Origin: Minisyncoccota bacterium
Lineage (GTDB): Bacteria; Patescibacteriota; Minisyncoccia; Phycocordibacterales; Phycocordibacteraceae
DNA length: 64,000 nt
Assembly (NCBI GenBank): GCA_041663025.1
Contig: JBAZRE010000002.1
Coordinates: forward strand, 27,703-91,702
Reading direction: 5' to 3'
Positions 1 to 9,596 of this stretch are shown here, piece after piece. The translations under genes and the position numbers were made by a program. Below the pieces are notes generated by a model. That model was given only the letters and a program-made list of their open reading frames with translations. It searched no databases and was not told where the DNA came from. Position 1 is the first letter of the stretch. Every line of letters starts with the position of its first letter.

Positions 1-183
1 TTATCTGAAATTTCAAAAGAAGAATCAAAACTGATTGAACATATTAACGAGAAATGGAGAGGGAAGAGAACTGCCGACATTGTCACATTTACGCATAAGC
101 AAATGCCGTACCTATTTGCAGAGGACAACGACATAGTCTCGTATGAGGTATTCGGACAGGAGAATCCTGATGATATTTATTAG
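1..183 (+). CDS. 3' end of a Panacea/SocA-like (DUF4065) antitoxin, partial
   Basis: Frame 1 reads LSEISKEESKLIEHINEKWRGKRTADIVTFTHKQMPY...DIY*. The 'TH-x-x-x-P[WY]' pattern resembles the DUF4065 C-terminus. It ends 2 nt before the next gene. Confidence 0.6.
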   Translation, partial: LSEISKEESKLIEHINEKWRGKRTADIVTFTHKQMPYLFAEDNDIVSYEVFGQENPDDIY

Positions 184-185
184 CT

Positions 186-584
186 ATGAAGTACGAGGTC
201 AATTTCAGGCCTTATACTGAAAGGCATTTCATCCGGACTTTTGCGAAGAAATACAAAGGCGCGTGGGATAAAACGCTCAAATCACTTGTTGTGGAATTTA
301 CTTTTGCCGATGTCCTGTTTGAGAAAAGTATTGCAGAAACTATTTGCATCTCTGCCGATAACGACATACGGATTTGTAAGACGGAGTTTAAAATTCTTGG
401 TACCGAAGTGTCCCGGCATGCATCGGGTAATAGATGTATTATCGCCGTACAAAAAAGCACAGCGATTGTACAAGTACTTCTTGTTTACGCAAAAGGCGAT
501 ATTAGAGGATCAAACGAAACTGCTGGCTGGAAAACTGTCATAAAAGATAATTACTCTGAATACAGAGAACTTTTAAACCCGTAA
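186..584 (+). CDS. Hypothetical protein, putative toxin (RelE-like fold possible) paired with the upstream antitoxin
   Basis: 132 aa, tightly coupled to the DUF4065-like gene. 'KTEFKI...SGNRCII...LLVYAK' resembles RelE/HigB-type RNases. Confidence 0.45.
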   Translation: MKYEVNFRPYTERHFIRTFAKKYKGAWDKTLKSLVVEFTFADVLFEKSIAETICISADNDIRICKTEFKILGTEVSRHASGNRCIIAVQKSTAIVQVLLVYAKGDIRGSNETAGWKTVIKDNYSEYRELLNP

Positions 585-617
585 GGTGACACCTCGCGGC
601 GAGGAGTCACCTTACGG
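579..617. repeat. REP-like palindrome, family A (ccgtaaggtgacacct...gtcaccttacgg)
   Basis: Inverted repeat. Related copies at ~1394, 1832, 11838, 31218, 34087 and 54968. Confidence 0.85.
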
Positions 618-651
618 GGTGCGGGTACGTGCGTGATGGTATAATTTGCAA

Positions 652-1047
652 ATGAACACATACGAAACGTACCAAACATTGATCAAGCCCGAATGGGCGC
701 CGCCGGCGTGGGTGTTTGGGCCCGTGTGGATGGTGCTGTATGCCATTATGGTTATCTCATTTGGCAAGGTGTTCTATCGGGCTTTCATCAAGAAGGATAT
801 GTCGTGGAGAATCGCTCTCCCGTTTGTTCTCAATCTCATTTTCAATTTCTCTTTTACCTACTTCCAATTCGGATTAAAAAATAACACCCTCGCCGCAATC
901 GATATCCTCCTCGTCTTAAGCACGCTCATCTGGGCGATGATTGCTATATATCCGCGGATGAGATGGGTCGCGCTCGCTAACATCCCGTATCTCGCATGGG
1001 TCAGCTTCGCGACGGCTCTCCAACTAACCATCACGTTTCTTAACTAA
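652..1047 (+). CDS. tspO: TspO/MBR family tryptophan-rich sensory protein
   Basis: KPEWAPPAWVFGPVW and PYLAWVSFATAL motifs. ATG lies 6 nt after TATAAT. Confidence 0.93.
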   Translation: MNTYETYQTLIKPEWAPPAWVFGPVWMVLYAIMVISFGKVFYRAFIKKDMSWRIALPFVLNLIFNFSFTYFQFGLKNNTLAAIDILLVLSTLIWAMIAIYPRMRWVALANIPYLAWVSFATALQLTITFLN

Positions 1048-1055
1048 ATATAAGC

Positions 1056-1373
1056 ATGAGCAACAAATACATTGAATACCTGAAGAATAATCCGCAGGGG
1101 TACTGGTTCAAGCGCAAGCTCTATGGCTGGGGCTGGGTCCCAGTGCGATGGCAGGGTTGGGCGGTGGTCGCTGTTTCAATGCTTTATATTGTCTTGGTTT
1201 CTCTGGACTTCTCCGAACAGGCAGAACTCGCGAAGGCGCTCGGCGCAGATCCGACAAATGGGGACCTAATTTCTTTTTTCGCCAAGATTGCGCTCGCCGT
1301 CGTCGTGATAATCAGCTTCTGCTATTGGAAGGGTGAGAGCCCGCGCTGGCAGTGGGGCGTCCCTAAGGATTGA
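1056..1373 (+). CDS. Hypothetical membrane protein (WFKRKLYGWGWVP motif)
   Basis: Two hydrophobic segments and Trp-rich ends. Confidence 0.75.
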   Translation: MSNKYIEYLKNNPQGYWFKRKLYGWGWVPVRWQGWAVVAVSMLYIVLVSLDFSEQAELAKALGADPTNGDLISFFAKIALAVVVIISFCYWKGESPRWQWGVPKD

Positions 1374-1393
1374 AATTAATCCGTAAGGTAAAC

Positions 1394-1432
1394 CCGTAAG
1401 GAGACACCTCGCGGCGAGGAGTCACCTTACGG
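1394..1432. repeat. REP-like palindrome, family A
   Basis: ccgtaaggagacacctcgcggcgaggagtcaccttacgg, nearly identical to 579-617. Confidence 0.85.
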
Positions 1433-1455
1433 AATAAGCTTGATATAATAAGCTT

Positions 1456-1830
1456 ATGAACAACCGAAAAATTTGGGCGGTGTTGGCAGTAATTGTGGTC
1501 TTGGATGGATGTTGGTATCTCTGGGAACGCTCGCAAGAAGTGACGCCTGGTACTCTGATTGGTGGAGAGAGAAGCGAACAAGGATGCCTCGGCCTGGCCG
1601 GATACAGCTTCGACGAGACTGTAGGTGCTTGCACTCGCAGTTTTGAATTGACGCCGGATATCAGACGGGCGGCAGGGATCGCTGTGGCCTCAGTCGGCCG
1701 CGATTGTGCACTCACTGTCGTCTCATTCAGCTCATATGAAGAAGTTGGTGCATACGACATCACGCTCGAACGCGGAACGGAGCGCGCGCGGCAGACGGTC
1801 GTCATTCGCAATTGGCAGGTAACAAAATAA
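1456..1830 (+). CDS. Membrane-anchored hypothetical protein with GG-x-R-x-E-x-GC...AGYS Cys motif
   Basis: N-terminal hydrophobic segment. TATAAT-N6-ATG start. Confidence 0.7.
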   Translation: MNNRKIWAVLAVIVVLDGCWYLWERSQEVTPGTLIGGERSEQGCLGLAGYSFDETVGACTRSFELTPDIRRAAGIAVASVGRDCALTVVSFSSYEEVGAYDITLERGTERARQTVVIRNWQVTK

Positions 1831-1934
1831 ACCGTAAGGTGACACCTTACGGATCGTGAGTTACGCACCCGCCTCGGCTTGCCGAGGCGGGGGAGCTGTA
1901 TCATTAAATCGTTAGCCGATAACAATAATTTTGT

Positions 1935-2204
1935 ATGGATCAACATATGAGCCCGAGCAAAACTGCCATCACCTTTGCGGTTTTGCTGGGCGGTTTTCAC
2001 CTGGTGTGGTCCGTCTTGGTCGCGCTCGGTTGGGCGCAGGCGATGATGGACTTCATCTTCTGGGCGCACATGTTTAGCCTGGCATTCGTTGTGAAGGCCT
2101 TTGACGCGACGGCAGCCTTAACGCTCGTGATTATCACCGCGATCATGGGATACATCTTCGGCTACTTCATGGCGATCATCTGGAATCGTCTCCACCGCGC
2201 GTAA
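1935..2204 (+). CDS. Small hypothetical membrane protein
   Basis: 89 aa, mostly hydrophobic. Confidence 0.7.
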   Translation: MDQHMSPSKTAITFAVLLGGFHLVWSVLVALGWAQAMMDFIFWAHMFSLAFVVKAFDATAALTLVIITAIMGYIFGYFMAIIWNRLHRA

Positions 2205-2281
2205 TACACACGTTGGGAGAAACTGGACAGGTTCAACTTGTCCAGGTGGTAGAATTACGTCATTAACAATTAGTATTCATT

Positions 2282-2656
2282 ATGGATATATCATTGGTTG
2301 CTGCAAAGATTTTGGGAGTGTATCTCGTCGTCAGCGGTCTCTTTCTTATAATTCGTGGGAAGACAATTCCGCGTTTGCTCAAGGATTTCTTTGATCACCC
2401 AGCTGTCGTGTATCTTGCTGGTGTCATTCTCATCTTCTTGTCATCGCTCATGTTGATCCAAAACAACGTCTGGGATGGCACGTGGAAAACGGTCATCACT
2501 ATCTTCTCGTGGCTCGTCCTCTTGAAGGGTATCGCATACATTCTCGCTCCTGACTCGTTGCACAAGTTTGTAAACAAGAAATTGCTCAGTATGCCATTTA
2601 ACGTTTATGGAATTATCGCGGTTGCCGCAGGCATCTTCCTCTACACCATCGGTTAA
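2282..2656 (+). CDS. Hypothetical membrane protein (4 TM)
   Basis: Four hydrophobic stretches. Confidence 0.75.
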   Translation: MDISLVAAKILGVYLVVSGLFLIIRGKTIPRLLKDFFDHPAVVYLAGVILIFLSSLMLIQNNVWDGTWKTVITIFSWLVLLKGIAYILAPDSLHKFVNKKLLSMPFNVYGIIAVAAGIFLYTIG

Positions 2657-2691
2657 ATACCGGTTGAAGGCCCATCTGATATGATGGGGGA

Positions 2692-3609
2692 ATGAATAAG
2701 TACCTCGTCACGCTTGGAGCATTTGCGCTGGCTGTTGCCATCGCGCTTTGGGTGATCGGTATACGCAAAGCGCAGGCGCCTGGCTCGCAGGCCTGCACCA
2801 TGGAGGCGAAGATTTGTCCCGACGGCTCCGCCGTCGGGCGTACCGGGCCTAATTGTGAATTCACACCGTGCCCAGATGCCGCGGCCACCAGCACCCTCGC
2901 TATAGGTGAGAGCGCGACCATAAACGGCACTACCATCGGCGTTCTTGAGCTCGTCGAGGACAGTCGTTGCCCGGTAGATGTGCAGTGCATTCAGGCGGGT
3001 ACCGTGCGCGTACTCGCTTCTGTTGATGCGTATAACAAAGACTTCACTTTCACACTCAGTAAGTCACAAGTTGTTGGGAATGCGACTATCACGCTTGCCT
3101 CGGTGACTCCCGCACAAAAGTATGCAAAGCAGACTCTGAAGCCAAGTGACTACCGCTTCACCTTCACTGTCGTGCCGAAGGTGTCGACTACTCCTGATGG
3201 CGGGAAAGCCTGCACCATGGAGGCAAAACTCTGTCCTGATGGTTCGTATGTTGGTCGCACAGGTCCCAACTGCGAATTCACCCCGTGTCCGACAGAAAGC
3301 ACCTCCGGTGTGAACGGAACCATCTCGCTCGGGCCGACCTGCCCCGTGATGCGAGATCCTCCTGATCCGCAGTGCGCCGACAAGCCGTATGCGACAGCGA
3401 TAACGGTATATCGTGCCGGCTCAAATACCCCTTTCATGTTGGGGAATTCAGACGCGACTGGCGCATTCAAATTCTCACTCCCGCCTGGCTCATACACTCT
3501 GAAGGCAACAGGTGGCACGATGCTCCCGCGCTGTAACCCGGTAGATGTGACCGTCACGGCGAACACCTACGCAACTGCGAACATCTCGTGCGACACCGGT
3601 ATTCGTTAG
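2692..3609 (+). CDS. Cys-rich surface protein with two ACTMEAKxCPDGSxVGRTGPNCEFTPCP repeats and a C-terminal beta-sandwich
   Basis: N-terminal TM. Repeat at ~2790-2873 and ~3208-3291. Confidence 0.85.
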   Translation: MNKYLVTLGAFALAVAIALWVIGIRKAQAPGSQACTMEAKICPDGSAVGRTGPNCEFTPCPDAAATSTLAIGESATINGTTIGVLELVEDSRCPVDVQCIQAGTVRVLASVDAYNKDFTFTLSKSQVVGNATITLASVTPAQKYAKQTLKPSDYRFTFTVVPKVSTTPDGGKACTMEAKLCPDGSYVGRTGPNCEFTPCPTESTSGVNGTISLGPTCPVMRDPPDPQCADKPYATAITVYRAGSNTPFMLGNSDATGAFKFSLPPGSYTLKATGGTMLPRCNPVDVTVTANTYATANISCDTGIR

Positions 3610-3620
3610 GAGTTGGAGTG

Positions 3621-4484
3621 TTACATCGCGAGAAACACTAAGCCGATCGCAATCAAGACAAAGGATGCAACTTTAATCCATAACTTTTTCTCTCGGAAAT
3701 AGACGTGTCCGGATATCATGCAAAAAAGGATATTGAACGCGCGTTTCCCGGCGGTGATAATCGATGCCGCGCTAAAGAGGTATGCAAAACTCATAACGAC
3801 ACTGCTCACGCCCATAAGGAATGATTGCGCGAAGAACACCGGACGCTCGAGAAGGCGCAGTGGATTTTCCTTTGTTTTAACGAGCGCCATAGTCAAAAAG
3901 AAAATAACAAGGACGAGGCTCACGATCGCTTGTTCCGCCGAGACCGAATTAAAGTGACTAATATCATATTTGAAAAGAGAAATCGTCACGACGGCGTTCA
4001 CCGCGATAAAGGTGACCAGCCAAGCGCCCTGCCGACGGATGCCATGGTTCATGAAGAGTAGGATGAGACTCACGATGATAAGCACCATGCCGGCTATTTG
4101 GGAGAGACTCACTGAATAGGCGAGAATGATGTCAGTAACAAGCAGGAGGGGGATAGTGATGACACGCAAGAATCCAAACGTGCTTCGATCGGCGCGCATT
4201 ACCGCATAGACCGCTACATATTCTTGAAGTATCTCGAGTCCGACACGCGGAAGAAATGTCGGTAATGAGGACATGCTGAAGATAAAACCATGGGGAAAAC
4301 CCGCAATAAGGAAATTTTTTGGAATAAGAAAGGCAAGTGTGAGGAAGAATAACGTCGCCCAAAGGGAATTGAAGAAGCCCAGAGAAAAGACACTCTCTTT
4401 TCCGCGTGCTATCTCCCACTTGCCGACTGACGCACTTGCTTCTTCAGCGGCTGATGCACCGGCGGTGAGTAATAAACCAAGCAT
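3621..4484 (-). CDS. EamA/DMT family membrane transporter
   Basis: About 10 TM segments, C-terminal 'FREK' motif. Start reassigned to MLGLLL at 4484. Confidence 0.7.
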   Translation of the reverse strand: MLGLLLTAGASAAEEASASVGKWEIARGKESVFSLGFFNSLWATLFFLTLAFLIPKNFLIAGFPHGFIFSMSSLPTFLPRVGLEILQEYVAVYAVMRADRSTFGFLRVITIPLLLVTDIILAYSVSLSQIAGMVLIIVSLILLFMNHGIRRQGAWLVTFIAVNAVVTISLFKYDISHFNSVSAEQAIVSLVLVIFFLTMALVKTKENPLRLLERPVFFAQSFLMGVSSVVMSFAYLFSAASIITAGKRAFNILFCMISGHVYFREKKLWIKVASFVLIAIGLVFLAM

Positions 4485-4523
4485 CTTGGTATTATTGCAC
4501 ACCCAATCTGGTAAGATGCCTGA

Positions 4524-6206
4524 ATGACTCAAGGCGAAGCGCTGACGATATTGAAGACGGGTGCGAACGTGTTCCTCACCGGAGAACCGGGGAGTGGAAA
4601 GACGCACACGATAAATGAATTCATTGGGTGGCTGCGGAGTTCTGGCATCGAGCCCTCGGTCACTGCCGCGACTGGCATCGCGGCTACACATGTCGCCGGT
4701 ATGACACTCCACTCATGGAGTGGTATCGGCATCGCAGATCATCTCTCGCGAGCTGATGTAGATCGAATCGCGACCAAGGAGCACATCGCGAAGCGCATTA
4801 TGAAGGCAAAAGTGCTCATCATAGAAGAGATCTCAATGCTCTCTGCTGCGACGTTTGAGATGGCAGACAAGATTTGTCGCGAGGTGCGCCGCGTTGACGC
4901 GCCATTCGGCGGACTCACCGTGATCTTGGTGGGAGACTTTTTCCAGCTCCCGCCTGTGTCGCGCAATAAGAATGTCGAATTCGCGTATTCCTCAAAGCTT
5001 TGGCGCGACTTGAATCTGCTCACCTGCTATATCACCGAACAGTATCGGCAGGACGATAGTGAATTTCTCGGTGTGCTCTCCGCGATTCGCGCTGGCGAGG
5101 TTGAAGAGATGCATCACGAGCAACTCATGGCGCGTCATGTTGAAGCAGCGGATCTTCCACTAGACGCCCCCAAGCTTTTTTCACACAACGCCGATGTCGA
5201 TCGCATCAATGCCGGTGAGCTCGCGAAGCTCACGGGCAAATCAAGCAAATTCACAATGAGTTCAAAAGGGAAGGATTCGATGTTTGAGGGGTTGAAGCGT
5301 GGCTGCCTCTCGCCCGAAGTGCTTGAATTGAAGGAGGGCGCGGCAGTGATGTTCACCAAGAACTCGCCGCAAGGGAAGTTTGTGAACGGCACACTCGGTG
5401 TAGTTATCGACTGGGCATTTGATGGGGCACCGATCGTGAAGACGAAGGATGGATTGAAGATAACCACTGAGCCGATGGAGTGGCAGCTCGAGGAACAAGG
5501 CAAGGTCAAGGCCTCAGTCGCGCAGTATCCGCTCCGGCTTGCCTATGCGATGACGGTGCACAAGAGCCAGGGGATGAGTATGGACGCGGCGATCATGGAT
5601 CTCTCAAAGGCGTTTGAATATGGGCAGGGATACGTCGCTCTCTCTCGCGTGCGGCGACTCTCCGGCGTGTATCTTACGGGATTGAATCAGCGCGCGCTGG
5701 AGGTGCATCCGGAGATTTTAAAAAAAGATAGAGACTTCCGCGCCGCGTCAGACGCGGCGCGTGATGCATTCTCTGAAATGCCAGAAGCAGAAAAAATAAC
5801 GATGCAAAAAAAGTTTGTGAAGGCGATGGGTGGAGCCTTTATAGACCCAAGCATCAAATCTCAAATCCCAAATCCCAAACAAATAATAAATTCAAAAAAT
5901 AAAATAGGATTGCCGGGTAGGTTAGCAGAGACGCTTCAAGCCGCGCGAGATGCCAAGAGTTTGAAGCAGGTAGCGAAGGATCGCGGACTGACCGTGAGCA
6001 CTATCGTTAAACATCTAGAAGAGCTCTCCGAGATAGGGAAGTTGGTGCGCGGCGACTTCGCACATCTCGTGCCGATCGACATCGTTGACGAGGTTCACGA
6101 GGCGCTCGCAGAAAATAAAGATGGTCGCCTCTCACCAATTTTTCACGCCCTCGGCGGCCGCCACTCTTTTGAGGTCATCCGCCTCGTCCGACTTATGCAT
6201 AACTAA
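4524..6206 (+). CDS. PIF1-family SF1B DNA helicase with C-terminal HTH
   Basis: GEPGSGKT Walker A, GDFFQLPPV, TVHKSQG, YVALSR. Confidence 0.92.
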   Translation: MTQGEALTILKTGANVFLTGEPGSGKTHTINEFIGWLRSSGIEPSVTAATGIAATHVAGMTLHSWSGIGIADHLSRADVDRIATKEHIAKRIMKAKVLIIEEISMLSAATFEMADKICREVRRVDAPFGGLTVILVGDFFQLPPVSRNKNVEFAYSSKLWRDLNLLTCYITEQYRQDDSEFLGVLSAIRAGEVEEMHHEQLMARHVEAADLPLDAPKLFSHNADVDRINAGELAKLTGKSSKFTMSSKGKDSMFEGLKRGCLSPEVLELKEGAAVMFTKNSPQGKFVNGTLGVVIDWAFDGAPIVKTKDGLKITTEPMEWQLEEQGKVKASVAQYPLRLAYAMTVHKSQGMSMDAAIMDLSKAFEYGQGYVALSRVRRLSGVYLTGLNQRALEVHPEILKKDRDFRAASDAARDAFSEMPEAEKITMQKKFVKAMGGAFIDPSIKSQIPNPKQIINSKNKIGLPGRLAETLQAARDAKSLKQVAKDRGLTVSTIVKHLEELSEIGKLVRGDFAHLVPIDIVDEVHEALAENKDGRLSPIFHALGGRHSFEVIRLVRLMHN

Positions 6207-6277
6207 CATGTAGGACGTAGTACGTCCTACATAAAAATATGGCCTAAAACCTAGCTTTTTTGTGAATTCTGTGGATG

Positions 6278-7048
6278 TCAGACATCCGCAAGAAGTTCTT
6301 TTATGAGAGTGGCAGTTTCGGAGGGATCTTTAACACTTTTTGTTTCAGCAGAAGTTTTAAATACTGCTTCGTCGTTGCCGCCAGCAGTGAGCTCGTCGCC
6401 GACGTAGAGCGATTCGGATTCATCAATACCGAGACGCTTGCAGAGCTGGCGAACGCCGTAGGCTTTATCAATATCACGTTTGGTGACATCGATCGTCGTC
6501 GCACCGCCCATGCCAACTGAAAAGTTTGGCAGGCGCGCAGCGATCGCCGCTTGGAGCGCATGGCGCTTGGTGTGATCGGGATCCCACGCCTTCTTCTCAA
6601 CGATCGGTGCTTCTTGGCCGAGCGCTGACATCGTCACTTGTCCACCGCGATACTCGATGCGCTCGCCCCACGCCGGCTCAGCAAAATTGATAAGGCCGGT
6701 CTCCTCGGCCGCCGCGCGCATCGCCGCGGCGATAGTATCCGACTCTTTTTCTGAAAGGCGTTCTTCATAAATTTTATCCCAGCCGCCACTGTCTACTCGG
6801 AGAGAATGTGAAGGATGGAATTCGTAGAGTGCGGCACCGGATGTGGGGAGCAGATAGAGATTCGCGAGATTCGCATCGACGGGGAGCCTCGCGACGACCT
6901 GTTTTAGGAATTGTGAGAATGCACCGCCCGAGACGATTGCTACTTTTATGCGCTTCAACAGTTCACAAAGCCTCACTGCCATTTCTGGCGAAATGGGCTG
7001 CTTGCTCTCGGCTAGCGTGCCATCTAAATCGAAAATGATTAGCTTCAT
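6278..7048 (-). CDS. HAD-IIB hydrolase, phosphomannomutase-like
   Basis: FDLDGTL, SGG, GGATTID and GD..GGND motifs of eukaryote-type PMM. Confidence 0.85.
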   Translation of the reverse strand: MKLIIFDLDGTLAESKQPISPEMAVRLCELLKRIKVAIVSGGAFSQFLKQVVARLPVDANLANLYLLPTSGAALYEFHPSHSLRVDSGGWDKIYEERLSEKESDTIAAAMRAAAEETGLINFAEPAWGERIEYRGGQVTMSALGQEAPIVEKKAWDPDHTKRHALQAAIAARLPNFSVGMGGATTIDVTKRDIDKAYGVRQLCKRLGIDESESLYVGDELTAGGNDEAVFKTSAETKSVKDPSETATLIKELLADV

Positions 7049-8973
7049 GTCAGCGCGTCGACAATATGCGCGAGCGAGGCGGTCGCGACACCGAGCACTT
7101 TATCTGCTGCGCCGTAGTAGAGGAAGATCGTGTCACCGCGCACGACCGCGCCGCAAGAGAAGACGACGCGTGCCACGGTACCCTCTTGTTCATATTTCTC
7201 AAGCGGCTCGAAGATCGGGTCGGCGGTGCGCGCAAGGACTGTTATGCCGTCGGTGTCGAGAAGTGCCGCGCCGAGGCGATATGTCGACTTGCGCGAGACG
7301 CCGTGATAGATCATTAGCCACTTGTCGCCTTGACCTGGCACACTGACTTTAATAGGTGGGACAGCACTCCCGACCTTCAATCCATCCCACATGCCGTGTC
7401 GTGGAGCTATAACCTCGATGCAGCGGCTCGCGCGCTTGCCTGAAGAGAGATCGGGCAAGAGATCAGCAACAATCCTGTTGTTGACACGGTGGTAGAGAAG
7501 ATAATTCTCACCGATTTTTTCTGGCAAGAGCGCGAGGTCCTTATCATCGACGCCGTCGGGCGTGAGAATGAATGGCACACTCCATTTCTCCCACTGCCGC
7601 GCGACGAAGTCGTCAACACTGATTGATGAGATTGCTCCCGCCGGCACCCGCACACCATCATAGGCGGTGTAGGTCATGTGGAGCGTGTTGTCGATGCGCA
7701 CGATGCGCGGATCCTCGCAGCCAGAATTGCCGGTTGGGCTGCTGTGCTTCATTTCAAAATCGGCACGAGGCACATAGATCGGCTCAGTTAAACGTTCGTC
7801 GATAGCACTACCATCTTTAGAGACTGCGAGCCCGACGGTAGAGGTGTTCGCCTTATCCATCGCGCGATAGAGGATATACGCCGAGCCGTCAATATCGATC
7901 GCAGCAGCGTTCATCACCTCACCGCTCTCGAACCCTTCGCCTTGGGGCGAGAGAATGGGATTGTTCGCAGAACGGATGAATGTGCGCGCGGGTCGCTCAG
8001 GGTCAAGCGCGCGCAAGAGATCAGCAAGCTTCACTCGCGCCTTGGCGCAGACGGTATCTGCTGCGCCATACCAGATCTCGAGAAGGCCGTCTGCATCAAC
8101 AGAAGTGCTGGTGGGGAACACGATGTCAGGGACGAAGCCGTATTCTTCATAAAATTCTTGTGGCACAAAGATAGGCTCAGTGCATGAGATACGCTTCTGT
8201 GGATTGTCGCGGCTCAGGAGTTCCGCCTCGAAGGAGAAAACACGCTTGTCGCCGGCGTGGTAGTCCTGAATATAAGAATAGATCAGTAACCAGCCGTGTT
8301 CGGTCAGGATCGGTGCTGCACCGACCTCAACATGGTCTTGGTCAGTCCAGCGCATCTCGGTGAGTGCATGATCGGAGAGGTGGTCGTGCCAGCGATGCCA
8401 ATATTCGTGGTCAAAGAATTCTTCAATCTTTTTTGCACGTGCGATCGCAATGGTCGGCCACGGATGATCATCTGTTCGCTCGGTGTGCGCGGTGAGCAGC
8501 AGCACAATATCGCCGTCAATGCGCTCGGGGAAGAGGGTCGCGGCCTTGGCATTAAAAGGCGTGATGAGATGTCGCTCGGTAAAATTATCTGGTGAGTCGC
8601 CGATCGCGAGGGCGACCTTAATATTGTCAGCGCCGAAGGGATAGCCGCCGAGCGCAGTGTAGAAACAGTACCACCTACCCTCAAAGAAGCTTACGCGCGG
8701 ATCCTCGCAGCCGAAGTGATCCCATTTTTCTTGTGGCGCGATCACCTGTTGCCTTGATGAGAAGTGGACGCCATCTTCGGCAAAGGCGGTGCCGATAGTA
8801 GAGAGATTCGGGTGCGTCCCTAGGGCATCTTGTGATCCGACTGCGCGATAGAAGAGGCGTACACCCTCTGGAGTACGCACAGCTGATGGATTAAAAGTGG
8901 CTATAGATTCCCAAGGTCGCTCGCGTTGCGGCGCGATTATGGGGTTATGTGGCTCTCGTCGGATGACAAACAT
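7045..8973 (-). CDS. Tandem two-domain GH130-like glycosidase/phosphorylase
   Basis: Two copies of NP/NA...GCEDPR...YGAAD. Confidence 0.88.
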   Translation of the reverse strand: MFVIRREPHNPIIAPQRERPWESIATFNPSAVRTPEGVRLFYRAVGSQDALGTHPNLSTIGTAFAEDGVHFSSRQQVIAPQEKWDHFGCEDPRVSFFEGRWYCFYTALGGYPFGADNIKVALAIGDSPDNFTERHLITPFNAKAATLFPERIDGDIVLLLTAHTERTDDHPWPTIAIARAKKIEEFFDHEYWHRWHDHLSDHALTEMRWTDQDHVEVGAAPILTEHGWLLIYSYIQDYHAGDKRVFSFEAELLSRDNPQKRISCTEPIFVPQEFYEEYGFVPDIVFPTSTSVDADGLLEIWYGAADTVCAKARVKLADLLRALDPERPARTFIRSANNPILSPQGEGFESGEVMNAAAIDIDGSAYILYRAMDKANTSTVGLAVSKDGSAIDERLTEPIYVPRADFEMKHSSPTGNSGCEDPRIVRIDNTLHMTYTAYDGVRVPAGAISSISVDDFVARQWEKWSVPFILTPDGVDDKDLALLPEKIGENYLLYHRVNNRIVADLLPDLSSGKRASRCIEVIAPRHGMWDGLKVGSAVPPIKVSVPGQGDKWLMIYHGVSRKSTYRLGAALLDTDGITVLARTADPIFEPLEKYEQEGTVARVVFSCGAVVRGDTIFLYYGAADKVLGVATASLAHIVDALT

Positions 8974-8977
8974 ATGA

Positions 8978-9595
8978 TTATTGTACCGCTTTCACCTTCT
9001 TCGGGAAGCCGATATACGCACGAATAACTTTTGCGCCATTCACTGCGAGTGCAATTGAGCGCATACATCCATCATCAATGTCGCCTGCCATAACACGCTT
9101 AAGTCGCCGCCTCCCGCGAGTGCCTGTGTTGCCCTTGAAAATGATAGGTAAGAGATATTTTTCTTTTTGTAACAAATCAACATTAGTTGCGAGCATGTTG
9201 GAGACAGCATATCGCGCACGCTTGGTGAGAGACCTTGAATATTTTCCTAAAGCATCACGCACCTTGTCCGCTGTCTCTTGAAGTGAGCCGTTCGTCCATG
9301 GGAGTGGTAATCCGCCAGCTCTCTCCCAGACTCCAACCTCGTTTGTTGCAACCTCTCCCAAATACCAGTCACTTGCATCATAAGCACGAAGCCGTGGTGC
9401 GTATTCGAGTCTTTTGCCAAGTTGGGAATCGGTCATCTGGAGACCTTTTTGTTTTGATTGTTGGAATTCCTTTAAGAATTCTTCTCGGGATATTTTGTTT
9501 AAATACCTCCGACCACTCTTTTGAATGCGTATGCCATTTGCGATAACAAAAGTGCGTTTTACCTCGCGAACATTAACTTTTTTTAGGATTTTCAT
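8978..9595 (-). CDS. Hypothetical basic protein
   Basis: 205 aa ORF packed within the operon. Confidence 0.7.
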   Translation of the reverse strand: MKILKKVNVREVKRTFVIANGIRIQKSGRRYLNKISREEFLKEFQQSKQKGLQMTDSQLGKRLEYAPRLRAYDASDWYLGEVATNEVGVWERAGGLPLPWTNGSLQETADKVRDALGKYSRSLTKRARYAVSNMLATNVDLLQKEKYLLPIIFKGNTGTRGRRRLKRVMAGDIDDGCMRSIALAVNGAKVIRAYIGFPKKVKAVQ

Positions 9596-9596
9596 A

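Noticed and set aside
579-1851. Three related repeats that might be a CRISPR array or attC cassette array
   Set aside because: Spacing is gene-sized and irregular, there is no cas gene or integron integrase, no GTTRRRY/RYYYAAC ends, and the family is dispersed across the window.
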